Below, one piece after another: positions 21,250-32,774 of a DNA stretch of 64,000 nt. A model generated the notes under the pieces. It was given only the letters and a program-made list of their open reading frames with translations, was not told the origin of the DNA and ran no database searches. Where the stretch lies: the NCBI GenBank assembly GCA_051294375.1, contig CM119264.1, forward strand, positions 5,935,621 through 5,999,620, given 5' to 3'. Made by a program: the position numbers and the translations under genes. Positions within the stretch are counted from its first letter, which is position 1; every line of letters begins with the position of its first letter. The DNA is from Paraspadella gotoi (lineage: Eukaryota; Animalia; Chaetognatha).

Positions 21250-23365
21250 TGTTTCCAGTTCATTGTAGTTTTCCGGTCTACGCAATCATTAACATTGGCA
21301 TTAACAAGGATGATCGTCAAAAAGTTCGCAAAGAATCCCTTCGTCGCTCGAGAAATCTTCGGACAAATTCTCTTGACGAAATATCCTGGACTTCGTGGGC
21401 GCCAGGTTGGGGGGGGGGCAAGGATAAGCAGAGATGGGCCACGCGACAAAAAATTATACCCAGAGTACTCAGGGATAACCCTAGCGAAATTTTGTTTGTT
21501 GCTCTAACTTGATATATTTATGACTAAGTATAATATACAATATCTTAATATGAAATGATTTGGCACGTGGCCCAATCGAAACCTTTATTTCTTCTGGTAA
21601 AGCGGAACTCTTCTGCGCCTTGCACAATCCTTCGAGCCAGTCGTCGGAACTCTGAGAAGACTTTACGTCGTTCGAAACTAATTCGTCGGTCGCCATCACC
21701 CCCCGGACTTGGATTGTCTCTTCTTCACTCAAACCGACTTTATCTTTTCTTTTTGCCAAGGAGACTTCTTCACTGTCGCCAGAACCGGATATAATATCTG
21801 CTGGTTTAAGCGAATTGATTCCCCAAATATCTTTTTCTTCATCTTCGTCCCAAATTTTGGACCAACTGACAGGTGACTCGCAAGTGGCAACCCCACCGAA
21901 ACTACTTTTTAAATCCTGGAGAGGTTTTTATGGATTTTAAGGCAATAACTCCCTAAGAAAAATTATTGGAGATAATATTCAATCTTCCGCGTCATAACGT
22001 TATTATATTTATCTATGTATGGCAACAGCCGGTTTGCCTGTGATGCCCATTGGGATGGGGCATCTCACTCTCAGTGACGCATCCAGACTCTGGCGTGGTT
22101 ACCCTAGGACGGTCTCGCTTTGCCAACGCAGAGGGAAGTCGTTAGGACTGTGTATGGAACACAACGCCTGGGATGGTGTGTTCCCCCTCTGAGCCAATGG
22201 TGTTGGCTGAACAATGGTGGATGTGAGGCGGCGTAAATATACCGCCACATACGCTTATATAAATTGTGGGTAACTTTACTATTCGACGTCCGCAACCAAC
22301 TTTAGCTACCACCGGTCGGTGGTTTGTTAATCCATTAAATTTTACTTTCGCCGACCGCGGTTTTTGAAAAACCACTTGAAAATAGTTATTTAAAAAAAAA
22401 AAATTTAAAAATAACCCTAAACGCATTTAACCCTCACCACCCCTAACCCTAAACCACCCCAAAACTACCCTTAACCCTAACCCTTAACCCAAATAATACT
22501 ACTACGAATGAAGATTGCTTACACTCTCACTATCCGTGATCCCAGTATGAGCGGTGAGGCTCGTGTTGCTGCAGCTGACGCTATCCGAGATTCCGGTATG
22601 GGTGACGAGACTTGTGTCGCTGCTGCTGATACTTTTGTTTCGGCAACGTGGGGGCCACCGAGAAAAGAGATTTAGAGGCGATTGGTTTATCCCAGAAGTG
22701 CCGACGTTGGAAACGTCTCCGGCGTCGACCGGTTCACTAGCAACACATCGCCACTTCGTATAGCACGCAGAAATGGAGAAAAAAATTGCATCGACAGTCC
22801 AAATACTCAAACAGTAAACACTGAAGAGTTATGAGAAAAAAATAATAATTAAAAAAAATTAATAAAAATTAATAAAGAATAATTACCAGCGCAAGTCTCC
22901 CGTTTTTCGCGTTGGTAAAATCTAATTAAAAATAACTAAAAAGCATAAAAGGACTGACGATGCAACTACTACTTATCTCTGGATGTCGAAACACTGTTCG
23001 CCCGCAAAAGTTTCCTCGGTTCGGTCACGGGGAGAAAAACGATTTCTTCGACATTCGCTTAAGTCGAAGTCATCCGAGTCTCCGTCGGAGAAGCCTGAGA
23101 GAATTGCTCAAGCTGCGATCTCAACTCAATAACGCTTCCATTGCCAAATAGCAAGAACCGATCAAATTTTGTGAAAATATTAAATTATGGACAATGATTT
23201 ATGGGCCTCATTCGACGACTGAAAACCTTCGAGAGGAGATATTTGTACGGCCAAACTAATCAGCTCTTCGTCGAGGTGACAATAATTATCTTCTTGGGAA
23301 TTAAAAGCCTTTACACGGACGGAAATCCCGGCTCGACTCGACGGGGAATAGGGAGACAATAACAT
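21250..23365 (-). CDS. Uncharacterised multi-exon gene (low-complexity, Ser/acidic); structure unresolved
   Basis: An open GC-enriched exon at about 21570-21915 is bounded by TCTCCAG and AAG|GTTTCG. Further candidate exons lie at about 22500-22770, 22960-23150 and 23200-23365. No recognisable domain. Confidence 0.4.
22015..22205 (-). mobile_element. tRNA-derived SINE-like element
   Basis: Minus strand has A-box TGGCTCAGAGG, B-box-like GTTCCATAC, and tail GTCACTGAG..GAGATGCCC..GGGCATCACAGGC..GTTGCCATAC. Confidence 0.55.
22405..22492. repeat. Degenerate (TAACCC)n telomere-like tract
   Basis: TAACCCTAAAC...TTAACCCTCACCACCCCTAACCCTAAACC...TTAACCCTAACCCTTAACCC. Confidence 0.65.
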
Positions 23366-23646
23366 TTTTTTGGTCGTTGTTGTCGTTTTCCCAGCCTTCC
23401 TCTTCGATCTCCCGACCTTTCTCATCCTCGTTTTTCTCAATTTAAATTTCTTTGGCCACAGAAAAGAAAATTATCATTTTTTTTGAGAATGGTCTAAATG
23501 AATTTTAATGGAGAACGAACCATTTCTTTTGAAGCGATAAAAACAAATACAAGCACGTGACAAAAGTAATGTAAGAACAAAGGGAATGAATATTACAAAA
23601 TAACAGACGACTGCTCCCGGCCGCCATTAATTATTTTTTTTCATTT

Positions 23647-23952
23647 TTATTGTCCGGCCTGCTTGCGCAACTGCGAGTATAGTTTCTCTTTGATCCATTC
23701 CTTGTCGTAAGGCGCGTAGGTTCCGGTGGCTTTCTGAAAGACGAGGCAGGAGAGATCCGCGAGCTGGTCGATGAATTCGAACAGCTGGGCGATGTCGTAA
23801 GTGATGGAGGGGCTGTTGGGGTTCATCCTCTTGAGGTGTTCCTCGAATATCTTGCAGACTCCCTCGGCACATTCGGAGACGGATTCGAAGTCCGAATAGG
23901 TTCGAGATTCGGGTTTCTTGCTGGGTTGAACCAGCAAAATTGTGTGAGCCAT
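23647..23952 (-). CDS. ERH: Enhancer of rudimentary homolog, single exon
   Basis: [10 protein letters not shown]...RTYSDFESV...[22 protein letters not shown]...WIKEKLY, 101 aa. Confidence 0.98.
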   Translation of the reverse strand: MAHTILLVQPSKKPESRTYSDFESVSECAEGVCKIFEEHLKRMNPNSPSITYDIAQLFEFIDQLADLSCLVFQKATGTYAPYDKEWIKEKLYSQLRKQAGQ

Positions 23953-24141
23953 GGCTAACTCGCTTCAGATACTGAGTGGTCCCAACGGAAGAGGTTTTGT
24001 CTGGTACTTTTATTGGGCTCCTCTGTTGGAAAAATCAACGGTGGTTTAAAAAAAAAAAATATAGCAAGTACAATAAACGCAAAAGCAATAAATAACAATA
24101 ATCCTTTCCCAAGCCACTCCTCCAACAAGACCGGAAAATAG

Positions 24142-25850
24142 CTACGCCACCGCCGTCTTTGCTTCCTCCTCTTCATCCATTTCCTTCAACACGTCCCGAG
24201 TCTGAAGCTTTTCCAACTCTGCCGCGTGGATTTTTTCGACATCCGGAAGTCGGAAGGTCGGAATGACGGGCGGTTTGGAGTCGGCCCATTCGGGCTCGAT
24301 CTTTCCGTGCATGCGCCAGAGGCCGTAAGTGTCCGAGATGCGCTTCTCGAAAACGACGAACTCGAGAACGCTCCTCGGCGTCTCTAGGGATCCGTAGACG
24401 AGGCGGCCGAACCGGTCGTAGATGGCGATCGTCTGTTCCGAGTGAATGCGGATCGTAACTTGTGCGAAACTGTTGCCCTCGGGGCCGAATTCGAAGACGG
24501 CGGCGTGCACGAGACGAGCCGGTTCCACGTTGCGGAGGAAGCGCCATCTGTGGGAGTGAAAGAAAAAGGTAATTTGCAAAATGAAGAATATAAACGGAAT
24601 TTATACCAAAAATAAAATTCGTCACAATTGTGTAATCAATTGATACCCAAATAAATGCTTAATATTCATTCCTTTATGATATAATATTGATATATGATAT
24701 TTATTTTTTTTAAGGTATTTGTATGTTTTTACTGAATTGACGAGCAAATAGCTCGATTTTTTTATGCACTTATTCCATTACTCGCCTCAAAGTCTTGTAC
24801 TGCAACCCATCCGAGATCTTCTTGAAGCACTTGGACGTAACGAGCTCGTGAAGTCGCGTCCGATTGTTGGTCTCAAGAGCGTTATGGGCCTGGATATAAA
24901 TGTCTACTGCCTCCTCGCAAAAGTATTCCGGGGCGAAGCCGCCGATATCCTTCTCGATCTTGTTAATCTTTCTCACGGCTCGCTTACACTGGGTCCATTG
25001 TTTGGCTCGTTCACCGCGATCCTTCACGCCTGCAAAAGGGAGAATCGCCGAATGAAAAGGAAAACTCGTGTCGGGCGTATTTTCCATTCCAACGCCTCCA
25101 CTCAGGAAAACAATTTTGCGGGGCAAGAAAGGTATTTGACGAAACAAGCGCATTTTAACGGTTAATCGAGGAGGGAGGGAAACCAACCCTTTTTGGAAAG
25201 GAGCGACTTGGACCCATCGCCCTCCGGCGGAACGTAGGGGTCGGCAATAGCGAATGTCGAGGTGATATTGATAGGTCGCTCGCGAAAGCTTTGTGGCGGA
25301 AGCATCCCTTCTCGCTTGAGTTTCTCCAATCCGAGTCGAGCGTCGTCGCGTCGTACGTTTTCTCTCATCCTGTGAATTCGCCATGTTTTGTCTTTTCGTC
25401 TCATTCTTTTGAAAGACTTAAAAAGCGATATGCGTCGACTTACTGCCTGTAGTCGGGCAGGGGAAACGGAAATCGGCCCTCGAATTCCTCTAGGAGCTTC
25501 ATGCGTCTCATCTCGTTGAATTTGGGATTGACGTGCTTTCCCTGCATGAAGGATTTTTTAATCGTAAGTGCATTCAACTTAATTTCGAGGACTCGCAAAG
25601 AACTCTATTCATTTCACTTTTTAGCCGGTTAATCTGTCCAAATAATATATTTAAATTAGCAAAATTCATATATCTACAAAGTTGTCTGGACCTTGACCGG
25701 GCACGAATCATCTCACAGGTTGGTGTGAGAGGCTTCGGGCGCTGAGAAATAAGGCGGGCCAAAACTTAACATTTTTAGTTGCGCTGCGAGTACTCGCGGA
25801 ACAACTCCGTCACTTTTCGTTCGGAATGTGCCACTTGCGTTAAAAATGCT
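24142..25850 (-). CDS. MRPL45: Mitochondrial ribosomal protein L45 (Tim44-like domain), multi-exon; 5' end uncertain
   Basis: KHVNPKF...LPDYR, ERPINITSTFAIADPYVPPEGDG, IYIQAHNAL, FAQVTIRIHSEQTIAIYDRFGRLVYG, VLEFVVFEKRI...YGLWRMHGKI. Stop at 24142. Confidence 0.9.
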
Positions 25851-25915
25851 CATAACTCGCCTATAGTTAGTTGCTCATTTGTTAAGACAGGAAAAAACCT
25901 AAAATCTAAGTGACT

Positions 25916-25933
25916 GCTAGCGCCACCTGCAGG
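25916..25933 (-). promoter_or_regulatory. CTCF-like motif
   Basis: CCTGCAGGTGGCGCTAG on the minus strand resembles the CTCF core CCASYAGRKGGCRS. An E-box GTCACGTGAT lies at 26002-26011. Motif match only. Confidence 0.4.
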
Positions 25934-27544
25934 AAGTTCTAAAATTATAAAGAATAAAAGAAGGAATTCCAATTCGGTTCGATGCACCACGCAAAACTAC
26001 GGTCACGTGATCACAAATTAAATGCCGCATATTTCGTGTCATGTCTGGCTGTTTGAAATGAACTTTGCAGAGTAGTGATCAACCATAAGACTTTTGTTAT
26101 ACATAAAATTCCTAATCATGTGATAAACACGTGAAAAGAAAGTCTCTGCGGCGCAACATATTGGATGGGCCGATCTTGAATACAATATAAAACAGTCTGC
26201 AATAAATATCTTTTGTCCTTACTAAACTAAATTTATTTATGATGTTACATCAGCGCTGATGAAGACTTACAATCAAAGTCTAATAAAACATTTTTTAGTA
26301 AACAAAATACAAATTCTCTTCTCTCAAACAAATTTCCTAAACGCAACGAAAAAAAGATTTCACACAAAGATAAATCATAAAATATTTTTTATTTTCATAA
26401 TCTTTATTAAATATTATATTTCTCCTTACTTCCGCCTTACCTTTTACCACTGGTGCGGTTATGCTTGTACCATCTCGAGTTGAAAAGTGAGCCTTTGCCA
26501 CAATTACTACATTACTATTTATTTTCATCACCTTCATGGAACGATGAGGAATGAAGAATGGAACTTGCATCCGGGTGAAAATTAATGGCACGCTCCTTCT
26601 TGCTGTTAAAAGAATTTCCCTCGAAGCCATATTTTGTTTTTATGGAAACTGAGTAGAAACTAATGAAATATGAACGAGAAAGAAAATCGATGTGGATTAG
26701 AAGTCCGCTCCATAATAAAAACATGACAATTTGAAAAATCGAAGTTTAATACACGAATGATTGTAACTATCAGTAAAAATATTAATAGCCTTTTCTTTCC
26801 TCGTTTGAATTTAAAAAAAAATATTTTAAATATTTGACCATCAGAAAATTTGAAATTTCTTTCGCAACGTTCCCTGCTAGAAAAAATCTGTACAGAGTAC
26901 AAGGCACGCTCAAGGCAAGGATATTCACTGAAGGCTTAATTTCTAATTATGTTATTATCTTTGTATTTGGTTCCTTATGACTCTTTTTACAATAAAAACA
27001 AAAGCGTAGAAGTGAACAATAACCTATGTTCAATTTTGAATACATGCAAAACGTCCGTGCGATGGTATGCGAATTGGAGAAGAAATTGCCTTTCTCATAA
27101 CTCATAAGTCACTTAGAGTCTTAGACTCAAGAAAATCTTTCTACGGTGAGTTAGTGTGAAGAACATTCTACAATTGAGAAATTAAAGTTTAATTTTTAAA
27201 TTTAAGATTTTTAGATTTCATGTACAACCCAAATTTATTTCCCTTCAAAGTTAAACATTTTTTCCCAAAAATATGTAAATCTAATTGAGAGTAGGGGGAT
27301 TATTAATTGGCGAAAAAAAAAAAAATAAAATACAAAACTGCCGTTACTATCCAAACATACTAGCAAGATTTTTAGTTTGTTCTTTCGAGTTTAAGGTTGC
27401 ACATAAAATTACAGAAGTTAGCGAATACATCATACGAATTCAAAATTTAAAAATAGTATTTATTGGGAGTAAAATTGAGATCAAAAAATCTCAAAGAAAC
27501 CGCCCCATCGTAAATCCTTCCGAGCGTTCACAGTCCTTCTTTTC

Positions 27545-28297
27545 TCACGGCGCAACGGTAGGAGCGAATCGCGAGACAAGGGCGATGACTTTGTGGGACA
27601 ATCCCACCAAAAAACCCGGGCACGATGGGTGACGGCTAACTTGCTCCAAGGATAGTCTCAGCTCGAAGAAGACCGTGCGACAGTACGGATTCCTTCTCGA
27701 CGCGTACCTCAGAGTCAAGAATCGGTAATAAAAAAATGGGAGAACGAGACCTCCCTTGCCGGACATGGCCAAAAAAACGGCGGCGGGCAGGAGAAAGATC
27801 TCGGTGCAGGCGATAAAGCGGAGAATCTGACCCTGCTTCGACTTCAGCTTGAGGATGATGGTCCGCATAGAGGTGCCGATGCTGGGGCCGATGGCGTCGA
27901 GGGCACCCACCGTGAAGGTGGAGGCATGAAGAAGGGCGTAGAGGATGACGGGCATCACGGCCAAAGTCAGCGGCGTCGTGTGGTAAAACATGAGGCAGAA
28001 AAAGAGGTAATGACAAGAGTCCTCGAGTACGAGGGCGCCGAAAAACTCGCGCGTAAAGGTGACGGGCCGAGCGGCGCGCTGATGTAGACGCAGAGCACTG
28101 GTGGCGGCGCCGCCGAGAAAGATGCGCTGGTAGAGGGATTGGGGATCACCGCCAAACAGGGGTAGCACGAAGAGCACTCCGAAAAATACGGTGAGGACAC
28201 GCGTGAGCCACAGCGCAGTGTCCACTTTGTTGGCGAGGAGGTAGTGGACTAATCCCGTCGGTTGAGAGCTAGGTGGGGCGTCGTTGCGATCAGCCAT
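27545..28297 (-). CDS. TMEM33: Transmembrane protein 33 (Pom33/Krueppel homolog 2 family), single exon
   Basis: DTALWLTR, ATSALRLHQR, LVLEDSCHYLFF, ILRFIACTEIFLLP, FFYYRFLTLRYASRRNPYCRTVFFELR. Confidence 0.95.
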   Translation of the reverse strand: MADRNDAPPSSQPTGLVHYLLANKVDTALWLTRVLTVFFGVLFVLPLFGGDPQSLYQRIFLGGAATSALRLHQRAARPVTFTREFFGALVLEDSCHYLFFCLMFYHTTPLTLAVMPVILYALLHASTFTVGALDAIGPSIGTSMRTIILKLKSKQGQILRFIACTEIFLLPAAVFLAMSGKGGLVLPFFYYRFLTLRYASRRNPYCRTVFFELRLSLEQVSRHPSCPGFLVGLSHKVIALVSRFAPTVAP

Positions 28298-28508
28298 TTT
28301 TGTTTTGTTCTTTTTTTTATATTGCGATTTTCAGTTATGATTAGAAACACGCGTCCTGAAAACGGGAACGGTGACAAAAGAACGGAAATTATGTATATAA
28401 CGAAAACGAATAACAAGGAAAAAATAACAATTGTCCAAAGATTAATAAATAATATTTATAAAAAGTATAAAATAAATTATCGAATTAATTTCGACAATAA
28501 TTTTCGTT

Positions 28509-30176
28509 TTATCCCGACCGCCAGCCTTCCCTCAGCCGACGGGCCAACCTCTCTCGCACCGCGACGTATTTCCTTAACTCCGCCACGTTTTCATTTTCTC
28601 CCGGATCGAGTCGAAGATCATAGAGCTCGCGCGCCATCATCTTTGAAAAATCCCCAGTCATCGAAGTGACATTAAAGTCGATCCATTCGCCGTAGCGATA
28701 GTCGCGAGTGAGAATCGAATATCCCATAAGACGGACCTCATTTAGTCTGGGCTCGTCGCTGTTCGGAATGGCCGTGGGTCGCGGTCCCGGCCGGGGAAAT
28801 TGGGAGAAGACTCTATCCTTTCTCCTAGCTCTTTTTGAAGTAGAAAATTCGGAGAAGAAGCTCGTGCCCTCTGTGCACAGCTCGGGCGCTGAACCCTGCG
28901 GACAGATAGGAATCGTTTCCTTGACAGCCATCTCGACCAGGGTGGGCATTAAGTCGACTAATTCGACGAAACGATCGGTCACGTTGATCCGGTCGAGTCC
29001 TTTTTCTGCTTTGTCTCTCCTAAAGGGGTCTTGAAGGGAAAACTCTTGCAACCCATCCGCCCTCGGGGATTCGGGATCGAAAATGACGAGGGGGACTTGG
29101 ACTGCAGCTTCGAAGTTGCTGTACTTAGCCCATTCCCCGTGCTCTCCCAAACTCCAACCGTGATCGCCCGTGAAAAGGATGATCGTGTTTTTATGCAGGT
29201 TCGGCATTTCTTCAATCAAACCAAATAACAACCGCCCAAATAGATCGTCTACGTACGACACGGCGGCAAAGTAATGTTGCCTATTTATTCTTTGAAAGTC
29301 GTCGGGCAAGGGACCGAACGGAAATGGAGGGTGAATTGCGGTGACGTCATCGCGTCGCCGCAAATCGTTCCACGGATTCCATGCCACTTCCGGCATGCTG
29401 GAGGGGCGCGTCCTCGTCGATGGGAGGCGCAATGAATTTAATGGGTAAAGACTCAAATACCTTTTGGGAATTCTGAAAGGAATATGTGGCTTGTGGTAGC
29501 CGACGGCCAGAAAAAACGGACGGCTCGAGTTTTTGATTTTACGAACAAAGTTGAGCGCGGCGTCGTTGGTCTCCAAATCGGGCAGCGTTCCCATCGGTTG
29601 CGTTTCGACGTCGACGGCGCAGGCTACATTCTCGAACAGTTCGTCAACGCTCTGACCGACGGAGCGTAATCCAGGACAAGTTGCCGCGTTTTCGAAAGCC
29701 AGCGAGGCCGGATGGTAAGGATATTGCGACCAACTCCACGGAAAATCATCCGTAAAACCGGAAGCCCGGCCCGGATGAAATACCTTGCCGAAGGAGGCAG
29801 TTTCGTATCCCCTCTCTTTAAAAAACTGAGGGAGGGTGGTAAAGTTACCGATGGCACGACGCCAATAATGGCTATCCTGGTCGATCAGCTTGGTAGAGTC
29901 GGGCCTCCGACTCGTCAAGAAAGAGGTTCTACTGGGGCCGCACAAAGCTTGGTTGGCATATGCGCGTGAAAAGGTGAGCGAATGTTCGGAAAACGCTTCC
30001 AAGTTGGGAGTGACCATCCGCTCGCAATCAAGGCAGCGGTAAGTACTCAGTTGAGGGCGTAAATCGTCTGCGACGATGAAAACGACATTTTTAACGTGGG
30101 TCGAGGAAAGTGTGAAAGAAGAGCTTGACAAAAATAAAAGGTGGAACAGAGTCAGGAATATGTTCAAAGAACGCAT
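28509..30176 (-). CDS. IDS: Iduronate 2-sulfatase, single exon
   Basis: Signal peptide, NVVFIVADDLRP, sulfatase CGPSRTSFLTSRRPD, GKVFHPG, GYHKPHIPF, GDHGWSLGEHGEWAKYSNF. Confidence 0.94.
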   Translation of the reverse strand: MRSLNIFLTLFHLLFLSSSSFTLSSTHVKNVVFIVADDLRPQLSTYRCLDCERMVTPNLEAFSEHSLTFSRAYANQALCGPSRTSFLTSRRPDSTKLIDQDSHYWRRAIGNFTTLPQFFKERGYETASFGKVFHPGRASGFTDDFPWSWSQYPYHPASLAFENAATCPGLRSVGQSVDELFENVACAVDVETQPMGTLPDLETNDAALNFVRKIKNSSRPFFLAVGYHKPHIPFRIPKRYLSLYPLNSLRLPSTRTRPSSMPEVAWNPWNDLRRRDDVTAIHPPFPFGPLPDDFQRINRQHYFAAVSYVDDLFGRLLFGLIEEMPNLHKNTIILFTGDHGWSLGEHGEWAKYSNFEAAVQVPLVIFDPESPRADGLQEFSLQDPFRRDKAEKGLDRINVTDRFVELVDLMPTLVEMAVKETIPICPQGSAPELCTEGTSFFSEFSTSKRARRKDRVFSQFPRPGPRPTAIPNSDEPRLNEVRLMGYSILTRDYRYGEWIDFNVTSMTGDFSKMMARELYDLRLDPGENENVAELRKYVAVRERLARRLREGWRSG

Positions 30177-30885
30177 TTCTGAAACCTACAGAAAAAGCAA
30201 CAACACATTCATAACAGCTTGAAAATGTAGACTTTTTAAGCGAATAACAGTAAACTTACACAAACAATCTTTCACTTCAATAAAAAAAATATTACGTCTA
30301 CTCAGTTCGAGAAAAAACCCAAAAACCTTCATAAAAACAGGAAATGGCTTTTAACACAGAGGCTGATGTTACAATTAAAGTGGATTTAAACATTTAGGAC
30401 ATGAATTAAATAACATGTACGTTGTTGGCCTTATTACTTATTACTTAGTTGCCGCAAAAAATGTCGACCATTATTACTTGACTAGAATACGAGTAACAAA
30501 AAGGCCCGTAATTTAAACTGCTTTTCAAATACGCTAAAATGTTGACTTAGATGAGGCACGATTAATGATAACAGTTAAAGGCAATTAAGGTTGAATCTGG
30601 TAACCGTTTCTCTTTTATGTAAGTTATGAAAATGAGCGAGGATGAAAACGCTCCTGGTTAAAAAAACTATCAAGGAAGCAAACCTGACTGAAAACGCATC
30701 CAAACCGAAAATAAAAACGGAAGACAACAGGAGACAATGAACAATGAACAGCTCGGATTAACGATTGCGCGATTGACTCGATATCGGTGCTTACGCAACC
30801 CACCGAAAAAATTAACACACCAGAAAGCTCTCTAAATTAAATACTTCAGTCTTCAGTCTCTTCAGTCTTTTCAGTCTTTAAAACT

Positions 30886-32393
30886 TCAAGCATTTCGTTC
30901 TTCGGCATCGCGAAACTTCTTTGCGGCGCCCACGCCGTCCTCGTCACGGCTCCGGTGCCTCATTGGCGCCTCCGTGATCGAGATCACCGGCAAACACGAG
31001 GCAGTGTGGGCGACGCCGTCGAGGGCGGATGGTTCCTCTTTGATTTGTTTGACCCCAGAAGATCCGACGGCAACATCGCGGTCGTCGCATTCTCCGCTCG
31101 ACTGCAACGACAGGCTAGAAGAACCCCAGGGAAAGTAGGAGGACGAATCGAGGGGAGAGTCGTCGCCCATGGAATTTCCGAAGACGTTGTACAGGCCGGT
31201 GGAGGCGGCGGCGAAATTGGGCGGAGCCCCAGGATAGGAGGGCGTGGCCAGCGAAACCACGGGCGTGGTCAAGGGCAGGCCCGGGGATGCGCGCGGACGG
31301 AGAAGTGATGGAGACGAGCCATTAACAATGGAGCCACCGGAAAACGTTAAGGAACTGGGCGTGGGAAGTTAATGAGAGGTTAACAAAAATATACAGTTAA
31401 ACACAATGCGGAACTTTTCTCAGTGAAATGTATTTACCAAACAAAACAATTTTTCTCTTAAATCTACCTAATCTTTTCGACTTTCGGCCGTGCTTGGTTG
31501 CTGACGTGAGAATTCGGTGAGGGCGAAAGACGCCGCAACGACTGCGGTTCCTGTGGCTGCTGCGAATGAGAAGTCGAGATCAGAGAAAGGGCCTCATGCT
31601 TGGGCGTCTGCTGCTGCTCTCTCCGAAAATCCTCGCCGAGTGACCGTTTTGACGTCGACTGCCCATGGGAGGGAATGTCAACGCGCAATTTTGGGCGCGT
31701 CTGACTCACGGTGGGCGGAAGGTTGTGCCTGGAAGGTGGCCTCATCGGATCCGGGAGCGAAGAACGAGGAGGAGCTTCCACGTTCTTGACGGGACTTCCA
31801 CAAAACGCGGACGAAGAGGAATCAAACACGAATTCCACGCCGCTTCCTCGTCCGTCTACTAGACCGCTAGGACCGGCGACGGGAGAATCGTTCTCCGACT
31901 CGCGATCCACGACGACGGGAACAGAGACGGGCTGCGAAGTAGGGTAATCGCTGCCGCTGCCGCCTCCCATCGTTCCACCACGCCTTTTTTCCCGGTCAAT
32001 GAGCGACGCAAACTCAAGGTCAACCCGTTCCGCCGTCTTGACAGTGTTCGGCGTGAGTGCGCAAGATGGACCGGGGTCGTCCTCGTCAGGCTCGTCGGGA
32101 CTCTCGCAACCCGACTTTTCCCGTTTGGTCAGCGTGTCGGATATGTCAGAATTTGTGCGGGACTCGTGCGGCTCGTTGTACTCGGTGTACTTTAGCAGGA
32201 TCTTGTCCATATCGGAGGAGGCGTACTGGAACAGCTTGTTGCCAGAGTTGAAGATGATGAGGGCAATCTCGCAATCGCAAAGAACCGAGAGCTCGTAAGC
32301 CTTTTTCATGAGGCCGAATTTTCGCTTGGTGAAGGTGACTTGGCGATTCCGTTCGTCGCCGATGCGTGCGATAGAAATCTTTTTTCGTCCCAT
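30886..32393 (-). CDS. MEF2: Myocyte enhancer factor 2 (MADS + MEF2 domain), two exons
   Basis: [48 protein letters not shown]...[19 protein letters not shown]. An intron at about 31470-31370 is followed by [11 protein letters not shown] and IKEEP. Confidence 0.97.
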
Positions 32394-32774
32394 AATCCCT
32401 GGTTTGTGTTTTTATTTTAAAATCGATTAAGCCCAAATTTTTATTTATTTCGTACAAAACAACTGGATGACTATAATATTTATTAAATTATTATACTGTA
32501 AAATTGCCCGTTGATATAGCACCAATTCCGTTTTTCTTTCTTGATATATTTTTAATCTTGATCAGTACGTCAAAATACAATCGAATGCAGTTAAGGCCTA
32601 ATAAAAGAAAAAGTTAACAATAGGGAATCAACAAAAAGGGACGAAAAGTCATCGGCAGCAATGATAAAACTTATTTATTTGACCATCAAGAAAAAACGAT
32701 TCGATCAGAAGTGTGTCATCGCGAATTATAGATCCTAATCAAAAGACAACGACCAGGCTAGTCCCTACGCGCCA

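Noticed and set aside
30840-30885. Short CTTCAGT repeats just after the MEF2 stop
   Set aside because: Simple slippage-type repeat of four units with no evidence of function.
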